Assembly: GCA_946409645.1 (NCBI GenBank)
Contig: CAMJXE010000007.1
Location: forward strand, 2,468-66,467
Length of the DNA: 64,000 bases
Source: an uncultured Bacteroidales bacterium
GTDB taxonomy: Bacteria > Bacteroidota > Bacteroidia > Bacteroidales > WCHB1-69
Direction of reading: 5' to 3'
Shown here: in pieces, positions 27,365 to 38,569 of the stretch
Position numbering within the stretch: position 1 is the first letter of the stretch
How the letters are laid out: every line of letters starts with the position of its first letter
The notes under the pieces: generated by a model
Databases searched by the model: none
What the model saw: the letters and a program-made list of their open reading frames with translations, nothing else
Told to the model about the DNA's origin: nothing
Translations under genes and position numbers: made by a program

Positions 27365-30300
27365 TTAGAAACCATTCAAGTCTGTAGGACGCATATTGCA
27401 GAAGAATCTCAAAGTACGCTCGCCATAACCAGGAGCATTGACGTGGATGATATACACGCCGCTGGCAATCGGGATATTGGCGTGGTTCTTCAGATCCCAT
27501 TCAACGTATGAGGTAGCATCACTACCGTGGGTAAGCGTTCTGATCAAAGTACCATTCACCGTGTAAATAGAAATCGTACAACGAGCCGGGAGATTCACAA
27601 TTCGAACATAGTTTTCCAAAGCACCATGCTCATACATAGAATATCCATGGTATGGGTTTGGAACAATGTTAATTTCATTCAAAAGATTAGAGACGCTTTC
27701 AGGATGAGCCTCAACCTTTTCAGGAGCGATATTCTTCGTTGTGAACTGATACATCGGGAAACCGTTGTTCAGAGCAGCGTTAGGTGATTGTGAAGGATCG
27801 TCATACCAACGAGAAGAGTATCTCATGTAAGGACGTGCAACACGCAATTGGATGGTAGCATCGGATGACAGCCACTGGTCTTCAAACATGTAGGCAGGCA
27901 TCGGAATACTGGTCCACATCACGTTATTGAAGATCTGCATCTTTCTCGCTTTACGAGCAGTAGCATTCAAGTTCGTCTCAGAAGTGACAGTCTTAAACTT
28001 CTCGTTCAACCACTTACATTCGTCATACGGACCGCATTCATAGTAAGGATAGCTTACACCATCGCTGCCTACGAAAACATTACCATGAGTAACACCTGCT
28101 GCGGTGACAGTTTGATATGAGTCGTTGTAGTTTCTCTGTCTGTTAAGACGATAGAAGGTGTTCGCAGTATTGCCAGAGCTGCTAACTACATACACATAGT
28201 GACGACCGCCATTCAAAGGTTCACCCATTTCCAAACCGTAATAATCACGCCAACCATTGAAAGTAGCTGCATTGATAGCAACTGGCTTACCAGCTTCATC
28301 CAAGATTAACGTATCGGCTTGGTAATCCTTGAGATATGCATAAACATTTGTAGGATTGAACAACATGTCATTACCATTGTTGAACGTATCCAAGGAGTTT
28401 TCAGCGAACATGATGTTCAAACGCTCACCTGTTTCCACGTTGATGGCATAACCAGGGAACCAACCGAAACCAGTAGTACCTGAATTATCCGGATTACCGT
28501 CTTTGTCAACGGAAGGACAAGTCTTAGGTTCGTGACGGATATTATGGTAAGTAGTTCCATTAAATTCTTGGTTAATAATCATATCGCTACCAACCTCAGC
28601 AGAACCGGATTCTAACACCAGCGCGCGAGTCCAAAGGCTCTTATCAGGAGTGAGGACGATATCAACAGAATAAAGGTTCGTCATTGTCTGGTTATAACTA
28701 GCCAAGTTCGGGATAGCAGTCAGAGCTTTAAAGTCGTAATACATATTGTTAGGTGGAGCGGTTCCGCTAACAACATCTTGTTGCAGAATCCAAGCCTTAG
28801 GACCGCCATCATAAGGAGATGATAACACGTATGGAGCCCAAGTACCATATACCATATCTTCAAATTGTTGGTTAGCATCCAAAAATCCACGAACAGGTTC
28901 AGTGTTGCCGTTGCCATCAGGTGATTGGAAAATAGTGTGGAAGTCCTCGGCACGCCATTTCATGTAGTCGCATTCAGCACCTTCTTGTACAGAGTTACAT
29001 TCCCACTTGTTGGCAGCAGTCTGTTGACCAGAACGAATCCAGTTGGCAGGATAATCACCTTCCACATCCTGAACACCACCTAACCACGGAATATCATTGG
29101 AAAAAGTGATGTTAGAGCCTAATGCATCAGGTTGTGTGAATTTAGAATTATTCACATAATTATAACCACCATTATCCTTAATATAAGAATCCAAAGACTG
29201 TACATAAGTTTTGAATTGTGCATTGTTTATGGAAACAGAAATACCGAGTTCGAGGAACAGTTGTTCATTAGTCATGCTAATAGGCATAGCAGAGACTGCG
29301 GCGCGAGTGGGAACGGTGTCACCTTCAACAATCGTGTAAATATCATTGTCAATGAGTTCTCTGTCGCTCACTTCGTCAGAAATAACCAGTTGCCACATCG
29401 TACTGTCATTTACATCCTCGCTTATGCTGTTTTGCATGAATCTGATGGTATAATCCCAAGGTTTCACCTTCAACGGGTCAATCACTTGGACGTTCAGAGG
29501 ACCGTAGTTGTTCTTGTATTGAACATTGTTATAAACATTGTTAGCCAAAATCAAATCACGGGACTCGTCAGTCATATCCAAATACAAACTACCGTTACCT
29601 TGACCCTCAATACGAGTAATCATAGGAACATCACCATACTTGCAGTTGAGGATATTTTCAATGGGTTTGTGAGGAGTGCCCACCGTTACCTTGATGTTTC
29701 TACGACCTGCCAGATAAGTGGCTTGTTGGCCATCAAGGTTATCGGCGTCCAGACTGAAATGTTTATATTCGTTATAACCGTATGCCAACACGAGGAAATA
29801 GTATTCCTTATGATTGACAAGAATTTTGTTCGTACCAGTAGCAAACTTATCTTCTGTGATTCTGAAAGAGTGGGAAATACCATGATCACCACCGTTAACC
29901 ATTTCAGTAGCCACTGAAGTACCGATAGCATCGTTGTAAATCCAGTTCACAAGTTGGCCAACACCATTTTGAATATCGCATTGAGCCACGAGAAGAGCTT
30001 TGTTTGCATCATTCAAATCGGTAACGCTGACAGAAGAGTTAGCCAATTGATAAATCTGATAACCTTCAAACTTGTATGAACGTTGTTCGTTGGTCAAAGT
30101 ATCGATAATTACTTGAGGAACAGTATAAGTTTGAATAATAGTATCAGGTTGACTATCCTGCGTATAGGTGAAGATTGAATCGGTTTGAGCCACATAAACG
30201 GTTGTTTCAAGCGTTCTTGGAATCTGAGGATCGATTTCGGTATAAGTCTCGTGGTAATTATTTTTGGTAGGATCGTTATTCGAGATGAAGAGGATGAGCT

Positions 30301-32101
30301 CATTCTCCAACTCGCGGATAGTGACATCGGGAGCGTCAGGACCATCAAGAGTCTTGAAACAGTTCTCAAACAGAGACTGACACTTGTCGTCGGCACGTTT
30401 CAAAAGTTCAACTGATGCTTGAGCACCACCTTGGGCGGCGCGAGCCCATGGAATACCCACCGTGATGTAGTTCACAGAACCCGGTTTCAAGGTGAAGGGA
30501 CCTGCAGACTGCATGAAACGACGGTCGTAAGGAGCGTTACCCACGTTTGCCTCCGTCCAGCCATCTGCATTACCATTACCGAAGGCCACGTGATCAACAT
30601 ATTGTCCCTTAGTACCCCAATTACAAACATCGGTCAAAGCAGGGAACATGAAGTCACACTCTGGGCCGGTTGCACCATTGGAGGTGTGTGCATTTGCACC
30701 ATAACGCATCTTGGAGTTATCTTTCCAAATACCTTGCAACATATTATAATACTCAAAAGCAACTCTCGGGTCACCTGTGACGCTGTTGTCATTATTGTGA
30801 TACACGAATCTTCTCATACCGAAACGTTCGTTATCGACAATGCTATCACCGAAGTTCACACCGTTAATGGCCATTTGGTCAAGTTCATGTGAACTCTTAA
30901 GGAATTTGTCGCAATAGCCGTTTTCAGAAGCACTGTCTGCATAGAATTTCGGGTTATCAATTCCATCAGGATCCATGTAAGGTCCTTGGAAGAAGTCAAC
31001 ACCGACTGCAGGGGGTTGGTCACCGTAAGCCCATTTTTGGCCGGAACCATCAACGTTGGAACCATTGTAACAATAACCCAATCCACGATTTACATCACAA
31101 CCCACATAGTCATCATAAGCATAACCCAAATCGGGGTCAACCCACTGTGAGAAGTAAGTGTTCGTCAAGCTATAAGTAGAACGGTTGATAATCTCATAGG
31201 AGTAGAAAGTCATGTTGTTAAGTTCATCATTAGTAGCAAAGCCGAACGCCTGACCACGAATTTCAAGACCGATAGCCTGACCTTGAGATTCGGTGTGCGG
31301 ACCACCATTATCGTTGAAGATCCAGAAGAGGGTCTCATCTCCCTTCAACACGTGGTCGGCGTAGATCATACCATTGGAGTTTTGCCAATCAGGACCGTAG
31401 TACAACAAATCCTCAGGAGTTCTTGGAAGGGCGTGCTGAGCAGCGCGAGCGATATTGTCTTCAGTCCAAGGACAGAGGTCATTATTAATGTCATAGTAAG
31501 GGTAGTCACCATTTTCAGGGTCATAAATACCATTATCATTCACATCTTTAAAAGGAGCCAGATAATAGGAATAACCTTCATCACCGTGTGCCGGCCAGTT
31601 AGCGATACTTGCAGGCATCACATAACCAGAGGTGTTGTGACTAGCTATATGCTCGTCAACCTCGGCGCGGGTGATTTTGAAGTGCTTATCAAACTTGATA
31701 CACATAGACTGTGTGGTGCTGGCACCCGTCAGTTTCAAAGGACCAGTCCAATAGTCATCACCAACCTGTCTGAAACGCACAGCGGCTAATTTCAGCTGAC
31801 CGTTGGAGTCACGGCCACCGATCCACAATGCAGCGCAGAACATGGAAGTCATACCAGAGCCTTTCGGTACCTCATATTCGGCGACCTCCTTGAACCACAT
31901 TGTACCACCTGTTTCGATATAGGCGCGTACATTGTTCACCGTCAACTCATTGGAGCTACTTGCAGGAAGACAGGTAGCAGATTCCGCCTTCGGTGAGGAA
32001 GAACTTCTAACCACTCCTTTAACTTTTTCGGCACGCAATGACCCGGTCATCACGAACACGATAAGAAGTGTCAAGCAGAAAATTTGTTTAATATTTTTCA
32101 T
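27365..32101 (-). CDS. Very large T9SS C-terminal-domain protein (1578 aa)
   Basis: Signal peptide; Ca-binding-like DVNDNGIYD; C-terminal INIVPNPY...ISIYTVNGTLIR...WDLKN..IPIASGVYIIHV. Confidence 0.82.
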   Translation of the reverse strand: MKNIKQIFCLTLLIVFVMTGSLRAEKVKGVVRSSSSPKAESATCLPASSSNELTVNNVRAYIETGGTMWFKEVAEYEVPKGSGMTSMFCAALWIGGRDSNGQLKLAAVRFRQVGDDYWTGPLKLTGASTTQSMCIKFDKHFKITRAEVDEHIASHNTSGYVMPASIANWPAHGDEGYSYYLAPFKDVNDNGIYDPENGDYPYYDINNDLCPWTEDNIARAAQHALPRTPEDLLYYGPDWQNSNGMIYADHVLKGDETLFWIFNDNGGPHTESQGQAIGLEIRGQAFGFATNDELNNMTFYSYEIINRSTYSLTNTYFSQWVDPDLGYAYDDYVGCDVNRGLGYCYNGSNVDGSGQKWAYGDQPPAVGVDFFQGPYMDPDGIDNPKFYADSASENGYCDKFLKSSHELDQMAINGVNFGDSIVDNERFGMRRFVYHNNDNSVTGDPRVAFEYYNMLQGIWKDNSKMRYGANAHTSNGATGPECDFMFPALTDVCNWGTKGQYVDHVAFGNGNADGWTEANVGNAPYDRRFMQSAGPFTLKPGSVNYITVGIPWARAAQGGAQASVELLKRADDKCQSLFENCFKTLDGPDAPDVTIRELENELILFISNNDPTKNNYHETYTEIDPQIPRTLETTVYVAQTDSIFTYTQDSQPDTIIQTYTVPQVIIDTLTNEQRSYKFEGYQIYQLANSSVSVTDLNDANKALLVAQCDIQNGVGQLVNWIYNDAIGTSVATEMVNGGDHGISHSFRITEDKFATGTNKILVNHKEYYFLVLAYGYNEYKHFSLDADNLDGQQATYLAGRRNIKVTVGTPHKPIENILNCKYGDVPMITRIEGQGNGSLYLDMTDESRDLILANNVYNNVQYKNNYGPLNVQVIDPLKVKPWDYTIRFMQNSISEDVNDSTMWQLVISDEVSDRELIDNDIYTIVEGDTVPTRAAVSAMPISMTNEQLFLELGISVSINNAQFKTYVQSLDSYIKDNGGYNYVNNSKFTQPDALGSNITFSNDIPWLGGVQDVEGDYPANWIRSGQQTAANKWECNSVQEGAECDYMKWRAEDFHTIFQSPDGNGNTEPVRGFLDANQQFEDMVYGTWAPYVLSSPYDGGPKAWILQQDVVSGTAPPNNMYYDFKALTAIPNLASYNQTMTNLYSVDIVLTPDKSLWTRALVLESGSAEVGSDMIINQEFNGTTYHNIRHEPKTCPSVDKDGNPDNSGTTGFGWFPGYAINVETGERLNIMFAENSLDTFNNGNDMLFNPTNVYAYLKDYQADTLILDEAGKPVAINAATFNGWRDYYGLEMGEPLNGGRHYVYVVSSSGNTANTFYRLNRQRNYNDSYQTVTAAGVTHGNVFVGSDGVSYPYYECGPYDECKWLNEKFKTVTSETNLNATARKARKMQIFNNVMWTSIPMPAYMFEDQWLSSDATIQLRVARPYMRYSSRWYDDPSQSPNAALNNGFPMYQFTTKNIAPEKVEAHPESVSNLLNEINIVPNPYHGYSMYEHGALENYVRIVNLPARCTISIYTVNGTLIRTLTHGSDATSYVEWDLKNHANIPIASGVYIIHVNAPGYGERTLRFFCNMRPTDLNGF

Positions 32102-32125
32102 ATATCTTATATTTTTTTCTATTGA

Positions 32126-35100
32126 TTAAAAGCCGAATTGAATACCTAAACTAGCACGGAAAGGACGACTGTAATTATACGGGTTCTGAACTCTCATTTC
32201 ATAGTAGTTAATATAAGAAGGCACATAGATTTGAGAGTTGATTTGCTGTTGGTAAGCAGCTGCTGACAGATAACCATCATCGTCGGGGTTACCAGTGTAG
32301 TCATAGACTGAAATAATGTTTTTGAAATTGAAGAGGTTCTGGATATCAACATAAACGGTCAGGTAACCAATCTTGGCAGCTTTTGTCTTGCCATTCTCGT
32401 CCTTCTTGTTCTTGTTGAAGTTGAACATGAAGGTCTTGTCGATACGTAAGTCGGCTTGATATTGCCAAGGCATGTTAGAACCGTTAATGGTACCGGCGAG
32501 TGTGGAGTTCGTACCAGCCACGATATTAGAATAAGGAGTGCTGGAACGAGTGTAAGGAGTACCTGAAGCAGCAGAGAACAAGAGAGAGAAACCAGTGTTA
32601 GCTAACCATTCGATTTCCTTCACAGTTTCGTTGCCGTTCTCATCTTTCACAATCTTTTGGGAGATAGGACCATTGTTGTCCTTATAATCTTGGCCACTAC
32701 CGAAACGATAGTCAAGGTTGATACCGATTCTGTGACGTTGGTCGAAGGAGAGATTGGTCAAAGTTCTCAAGTTAGGCTGACCTGCTTGGATAATAGCCAA
32801 CTGTGATTGGCTGCTTGAACCAGTACCTTTTGCGAACTGCAAGGTGTAGTTAGCAGAAAGGGTAACATTCTTGGTTCTATTCATTCTGTATGAGAAGGTA
32901 AAACCTTGAACGGTACCGAAGTCGATGTTCTGATAAGAATAATAAGTGTTCGGATATGCACCGGAGAAACGGTAAGCTTGGATTTGGTTACGTTTCTCTG
33001 AATAGTAAGCACTGATACTGATAGCGGACTTAGCACCCACTTTCTGACGGAAACCGATTTCGTAGTCGATACTCTGTTGCGGTTTCATGTTGGGGTTGTT
33101 GATAATGTCGTTAGCAGAGTTGCGTTTGGAGATGAACAGGTAATCCACTGGAGAAATCTGCAAGTTGGTAGGACGAGAGGTAATAATATTATAGTGGGCA
33201 TAGAACAAAGAATTATCATTCACCGGGAATGAGAAGGAGATACGAGGCATCACAGACCATTGAGCTTTGTAGTCGGTGAATGCACCAGCTTCCACTTTCG
33301 TGATGGAATTCATCTGATCAATCTCATTTTTGAGGATAGGTCCGTTCACGCTGAGTGAAAGATCCGTCTCAGGGTTATCAACCTCTTGACCTTGAGCATT
33401 ATACCAAGTATCACCACTACGATAACCCACGATGGAGGTGTACATTTGGTTGTCACCAGCAATGTCTGCTTCACTCAAATAGGTGTCGTTGCCTTGATAG
33501 TAAACCACCCAATCGTCTCCGGCGTTGCTCACGAATTTGTCGCTCAAGCTGCTGTTGATTTTCTTCAAATCACCAACGGTGTAAGCTTCACGGAACAAAT
33601 ACGGGTCTTTCAACACAGATTGGTTGGCGTCGAAGCGGTCAACACGCAAACCTACGTTGAACAGCAAGGAGTTGATAGCGAATTTATCTTGGATATAAAA
33701 TGCCATGTAAATAGGTTCGTAAGCACCGATGCTGTAAGTCTTTTGACCATCAGAACCCACGTTGTTGAAGAAGTCTTCAATTGAGGTTTTCTTGTTGTAT
33801 TTCTTACCGGTGTAGTCATAACCATAGTAGCTCACCAAGGGGTTTGTACCGGAAGAGGTACCCATGAGGAGTTCCTCAGCGGAGAACATGCCGATATCAA
33901 AAGTGCTGGGAGACATGTTGTCGATATCCAACCAATCATCACCGTTAGGATCAAGTCCGAGGTGTTCACGCAAGTTTCTGTCGAAAGCGGTCTGGTCGTC
34001 GATGCTGATCAAACGATTGTAGTCAACCCAAATGTTCTGGCCATCGTCATTGAGAATCCAGTGCTCTTTATCCAACTCACCGATGTGAGAGTTAGCTTCG
34101 TTACGCATGAGGGTCCACAAAGAGGAAGGTGCGAGACCGTAGCCACGATAAGTCAGTTTCTCGAAGTCGTAACCGAACTTCAACTCGTGCTTTTGGATGT
34201 TCATGGCGATGCTGGCCTTCAAGCCGATTTGATCCATAGTGGATTTGCTATAACCACCGAGCACTGTGCCGGGAGCATAGTACATAGAGTAAACCATGTC
34301 AGGGGAGTCACCATTTCTCAAAGCACCAAACTGTTGATACAGAGAGAGGTCATAAGGAATGGCACCACCAAAGTAGTCATTAATAGTCTCCACTGGGAAT
34401 TGTTCAATGAAGTTCAGAGTATATTGAGACAAAATCGGGTTGACGTTATATTTGGGGTTAATTTGGAAGGTGACCAAAGAGTCGTACCAACCTTGGAACT
34501 CATTAACACCGTAAATAGTAAATTCTTCGCCTGTTTCAGGATCGACAAGCGTAAGTTCATCCTGGTATTGATAACTCTTTTGTTTATGGGTTGTAAACTG
34601 GCCCACATAACCATATTCGAAAATACGGTCTTTATGTTGAGCTGCATAAGACTCACCGGCATTGTGGATATAAGAAGCGTTGAGTTCGTATGTCAAGTTT
34701 TTCAGGGTAGCGGTGTCGTTTGTCACCACACGGTGAGTGAAACGAGCGTTCAGACGAGTGTTACTGGAGGAGGAAATGGGGTTGTTGGCACCGTCAAACA
34801 GAGCGTATGTAGAACCCCAAGATTTACCAATACCATATTCGTAAGAACCGCTGAGGGTCAACTTCATATTGTGTTTTTTACCCAAGATAAAGTCAAGTTT
34901 GAGCTGTCCGAGATAATCCCAAGAACCGGCGTTCTTTCTCACGCGCTCCTTGTGGAAGGATTCGCTGGTGAGGTAAGCAGCTTCTTGATAGTAAACACCG
35001 AACTCAGATGCGCTATAACGAAGAGGATTGTCAATGATGGCTTGAAGAGCATCGTCATTTGCAACCCATGTGCCGCCACGAGCCGGAGCACCGTCGTGAG

Positions 35101-35932
35101 TGTAGGAAACCTCACCGCTGAACAAGAAACCGATTCGGGTCGGGTCGTTTCTCGTCTTGCCTTTCAACAGGGGACCAGTCACAGAAACAGCGGCCAAGAA
35201 GTTGTTGTAACCGTCGATGGATCCACGAAGCTCGACAGAACCGTTGAACTCTTTCGGGGCTTGTTTGGTGGTAATGACCGTAAAAGAGGTACCGTCACCA
35301 TATTCGGCAGGTACACCACCTTGGATCAACTGGACTTCCTCGATGGAAGACATGGAAACGCCTGTACCGCCACGGACACGCATACCGTCGACGATTGTCT
35401 GTTGACCATCGGAACGGTTACCACGGACACTGGTCATGGCACCATCCACAGAGGAGACACCCTCCAGGTTGGCCAATGCGCTCGTCACTGAACGACCAGG
35501 AGTTGTACGGATGTTTTCACCCGTAATACGACTGGCTGATGTCGTGTTATCTTGTGTAAACACCGGGGGTTCGTATATAATCACGACCTCCTGGACATCT
35601 GATGTACAGTCAATCTCGAAATCGATGAACATCACCTGGTTGGAAGGCACTTCGACTTTCTCCTTTTTGAGGGATTTTCTACAAGTCATCTGTGCATCCG
35701 CGACCAGATCGTATGTTCCGGCTTCGACGTTGAACATCTGGTAATCACCATTTTGGTCGGCTGTTGCCAAGTTGACAACACGATCACCAACCTTCAAGAA
35801 CACTTTCGTGAAAGCCAACGGAGAGTTCGTTTGGTCCACTACTTTACCTTGAATTCGGCTCTGCGAAAATGCCGCACCTGTGAAAAGGATGATTACTCCT
35901 AAAGTTGCGAGTAATTTTTTAATCATAGCCAT
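32126..35932 (-). CDS. TonB-dependent receptor-like protein with N-terminal carboxypeptidase-regulatory-like domain
   Basis: IQGKVVD; plug SVRGNRSD...IVDGMRV...GGVPAEYGD; barrel GLRVDRFD, PRISFSFP, NPNMKPQ..YEIG; terminal Phe. Confidence 0.88.
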   Translation of the reverse strand: MAMIKKLLATLGVIILFTGAAFSQSRIQGKVVDQTNSPLAFTKVFLKVGDRVVNLATADQNGDYQMFNVEAGTYDLVADAQMTCRKSLKKEKVEVPSNQVMFIDFEIDCTSDVQEVVIIYEPPVFTQDNTTSASRITGENIRTTPGRSVTSALANLEGVSSVDGAMTSVRGNRSDGQQTIVDGMRVRGGTGVSMSSIEEVQLIQGGVPAEYGDGTSFTVITTKQAPKEFNGSVELRGSIDGYNNFLAAVSVTGPLLKGKTRNDPTRIGFLFSGEVSYTHDGAPARGGTWVANDDALQAIIDNPLRYSASEFGVYYQEAAYLTSESFHKERVRKNAGSWDYLGQLKLDFILGKKHNMKLTLSGSYEYGIGKSWGSTYALFDGANNPISSSSNTRLNARFTHRVVTNDTATLKNLTYELNASYIHNAGESYAAQHKDRIFEYGYVGQFTTHKQKSYQYQDELTLVDPETGEEFTIYGVNEFQGWYDSLVTFQINPKYNVNPILSQYTLNFIEQFPVETINDYFGGAIPYDLSLYQQFGALRNGDSPDMVYSMYYAPGTVLGGYSKSTMDQIGLKASIAMNIQKHELKFGYDFEKLTYRGYGLAPSSLWTLMRNEANSHIGELDKEHWILNDDGQNIWVDYNRLISIDDQTAFDRNLREHLGLDPNGDDWLDIDNMSPSTFDIGMFSAEELLMGTSSGTNPLVSYYGYDYTGKKYNKKTSIEDFFNNVGSDGQKTYSIGAYEPIYMAFYIQDKFAINSLLFNVGLRVDRFDANQSVLKDPYLFREAYTVGDLKKINSSLSDKFVSNAGDDWVVYYQGNDTYLSEADIAGDNQMYTSIVGYRSGDTWYNAQGQEVDNPETDLSLSVNGPILKNEIDQMNSITKVEAGAFTDYKAQWSVMPRISFSFPVNDNSLFYAHYNIITSRPTNLQISPVDYLFISKRNSANDIINNPNMKPQQSIDYEIGFRQKVGAKSAISISAYYSEKRNQIQAYRFSGAYPNTYYSYQNIDFGTVQGFTFSYRMNRTKNVTLSANYTLQFAKGTGSSSQSQLAIIQAGQPNLRTLTNLSFDQRHRIGINLDYRFGSGQDYKDNNGPISQKIVKDENGNETVKEIEWLANTGFSLLFSAASGTPYTRSSTPYSNIVAGTNSTLAGTINGSNMPWQYQADLRIDKTFMFNFNKNKKDENGKTKAAKIGYLTVYVDIQNLFNFKNIISVYDYTGNPDDDGYLSAAAYQQQINSQIYVPSYINYYEMRVQNPYNYSRPFRASLGIQFGF

Positions 35933-36154
35933 TAATTTATATTAAACATTAAACTTTTATCCACTCTATAATAAGCTTGCAAAAGTATAAAATTTTTCAA
36001 TACGATTTTCTTTAAACCTTTATTTGTTCAAAAAAAAATTAACATCATAATATATTATTATACATTATAAAAATATATACCATTTAAAAATTAAGAGACG
36101 TGAATAACCACGTCCCTTAAAAAACCATGTCCTTAAATTATACTTCGGGTCGTA

Positions 36155-36583
36155 TCAACTGTAAACCCGAAGACGCGCACCGTCATACACCGTATAGTAT
36201 TGCCGAAGAGACAGATGCGCTGGTCCGGTGATGACCGAACCATCCAAGATATTGAATGTGGAACCGCAAAGCGAATCTATCAACATGATACCGTTCGGAT
36301 GTACCCAAATCCAAGAATCGATGTTTTGCCAATCGTGGGAACAGGCTCGGTCGTATGCATAAAAATGCCACTCGTCGAGCCGAAACACCACAATGCCGCT
36401 CACCCCTCCGGTGAAATATTCGTATCCTCCATACGTGTTGAGACGCCAATACATCGGATCATTTGGATAGATTGTGAAATCAACCTTCTTATATGGAATT
36501 GTTTCGTGATAGGTATCCGTGCAACCAGTGCAAATCAACACTATCAATAATAACAGACTAAAGATACGACGTGCCATATTCAT
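36155..36583 (-). CDS. Rieske-like lipoprotein
   Basis: Lipobox CTG-C; AYDRACSH...CGSTFNILDG.V..GPA. Confidence 0.7.
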   Translation of the reverse strand: MNMARRIFSLLLLIVLICTGCTDTYHETIPYKKVDFTIYPNDPMYWRLNTYGGYEYFTGGVSGIVVFRLDEWHFYAYDRACSHDWQNIDSWIWVHPNGIMLIDSLCGSTFNILDGSVITGPAHLSLRQYYTVYDGARLRVYS

Positions 36584-38493
36584 TAAGATTTAGTAGTGGA
36601 TTTCTTCTTCATGGGTTTAATAGCTTCATTACCAAACGAATATGTTATACCAACAATTGCGTTAATACCGAAGTTATTAAAGCCGTAATAGTTCGTAGCA
36701 TACTGGCAGCCGATGTTGTTGATATTGGCAAATGCCGTGAACTGTTTGGTAATCAGATACTCAAATCCAAGACCGAAGTTCAGTACAGGTTTAACATTAA
36801 CAACAGAACCTTTAGGGTGTCGAATGTCATTTTCAAGTATGTAATCGATAAAGGTGGAACCGATAGGGTTTCCATACTCATCGACGTATTGAGACCAAGT
36901 TGGCACCACTGCCCAGCGATCGAAGCCCACCTTCGCATTCGCGGTGAAGATGAACTTGTTGTTCAGGATGTATTTGCCCTCGAAACCGATTTCCCAACGC
37001 GGAATATAAAGTGGCTTGCCTCCTGTTATGATATCGGAGCCAAACCAATCGTAACCTTCAAGGAAGAAGAAGTCGTGATAACGAGCATTCAAGGTCAGGT
37101 AAAGATGGTTGATGGCCTCCCAGCTCAAGCTGGCAGTCACGTCAAGTTCAGTCCCTTTGTCAGCATACACCACATCGAACTGGTTCTTAAGCAAACTGGC
37201 TGTATCGAGCATATAGAAAGGCAGATCGCGACGATAGGAGTAACGAGCCGCGATATGATAGTTCAAATTCTGGGTGATTTTGCCCTTCACGCCGCCATAG
37301 AGACTGATTTGGCACTTGGTGAAACGCAGCGTGTCAATATTAGGCTTTACGTAAGGGTTTTCGTAAAGCAGATCCTTTAATGAAGTGTATTTACTCTTGC
37401 CATCAACACCTACATAAAGATTCAACACATTGCGAATGAGACCCATTTGTAACTCCGCCACCGGATAGATGGGACATTTCGTCTTATTGAACTGGTTCAC
37501 AATCGGCACTCCGACACCCAATAATAGATAGTACTCGCGAATGTTGAAACGCATGGTCGGCTTAATTTCAAACATAAAACTGTTGTCGGTACGACGTTTC
37601 AGCAGACTGCCATCTGTGCCCATCGGAATGCTGTCGCTCCAGATATTATGGAAGTAATCCAATCCGATGTCCACTTGATAATGCTGATAACCCGATATTT
37701 TCAAAAATTTCGCATCATACGCCAACATACCGTGCAAACCAACTCCATGTTCCACATTTCTCCAATAAGTGTGCAAAAAATCGTAGTTGACACGCACATC
37801 CTCTTTCAGACGTTTATCCTCTTCCGTATAGTTCGAGCGGAATCCGACTTCCGCATACACGTGGTTGAAATTGTTCTTAATGGTGTCGCGATACTCTTTG
37901 CTGTAATAATGTTCGGGATTTGTGTAAAGGCCTTCGCGCACCCAATCCTTAGAATAACCGTAAAGATTGGCCAACTCGTGATTATAACCTACTGACGAAT
38001 AGAGAGTGTGATCTTTGAAAATGCGGTTGAAGAACAGCTGCACGCGTGTGTCACTGGTAGGTGCGTAAGCGTACTTTTTCTGTTCTTTTCCTATTGGGTT
38101 GGCCCATGACGAAAAGTGGTGGAAATTCAACCCGTATGAATATTTCTGGTTTTGGCAATTATGCATCGAAAGTTCGGCAAGTGGCGTAATCGGGTATCCG
38201 AAACCGAGCTTGATATAGTTACGAAAATAGCGTTCTTTTACTTCTGGATTAAGCTTTCCGACCTGCATATCGCCGGGCGCGAAGTTCAAATTCGGCTTGT
38301 TTGGCGCAATAACATAATTGAATTCCATCTCATCGCTCACTACGGTGTCGCGAATGACTGCTTGCTGATTGATTTTGTTGGAATTAGTCAACTTCGGAAC
38401 ATATTTGATCAACAATTGTGCGGAGTCCACCACCTGCGCCTGCAAACTGCCGGCTACCAACATCGTAATCGCTAATATCGTTATTTTTTTCAT
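36583..38493 (-). CDS. Outer-membrane beta-barrel (TonB-dependent-receptor-like), partner of the upstream TPR protein
   Basis: Signal peptide, amphipathic strands, ENPY motif, GITYSF near the C-terminus. Confidence 0.7.
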   Translation of the reverse strand: MKKITILAITMLVAGSLQAQVVDSAQLLIKYVPKLTNSNKINQQAVIRDTVVSDEMEFNYVIAPNKPNLNFAPGDMQVGKLNPEVKERYFRNYIKLGFGYPITPLAELSMHNCQNQKYSYGLNFHHFSSWANPIGKEQKKYAYAPTSDTRVQLFFNRIFKDHTLYSSVGYNHELANLYGYSKDWVREGLYTNPEHYYSKEYRDTIKNNFNHVYAEVGFRSNYTEEDKRLKEDVRVNYDFLHTYWRNVEHGVGLHGMLAYDAKFLKISGYQHYQVDIGLDYFHNIWSDSIPMGTDGSLLKRRTDNSFMFEIKPTMRFNIREYYLLLGVGVPIVNQFNKTKCPIYPVAELQMGLIRNVLNLYVGVDGKSKYTSLKDLLYENPYVKPNIDTLRFTKCQISLYGGVKGKITQNLNYHIAARYSYRRDLPFYMLDTASLLKNQFDVVYADKGTELDVTASLSWEAINHLYLTLNARYHDFFFLEGYDWFGSDIITGGKPLYIPRWEIGFEGKYILNNKFIFTANAKVGFDRWAVVPTWSQYVDEYGNPIGSTFIDYILENDIRHPKGSVVNVKPVLNFGLGFEYLITKQFTAFANINNIGCQYATNYYGFNNFGINAIVGITYSFGNEAIKPMKKKSTTKS

Positions 38494-38569
38494 ATTTTCT
38501 ATTGTTATTATTTTTTTTTACAGGGGCTTGCGCCACCTATCAGTTAACAGGGCTTTCAGGGAATAATGT

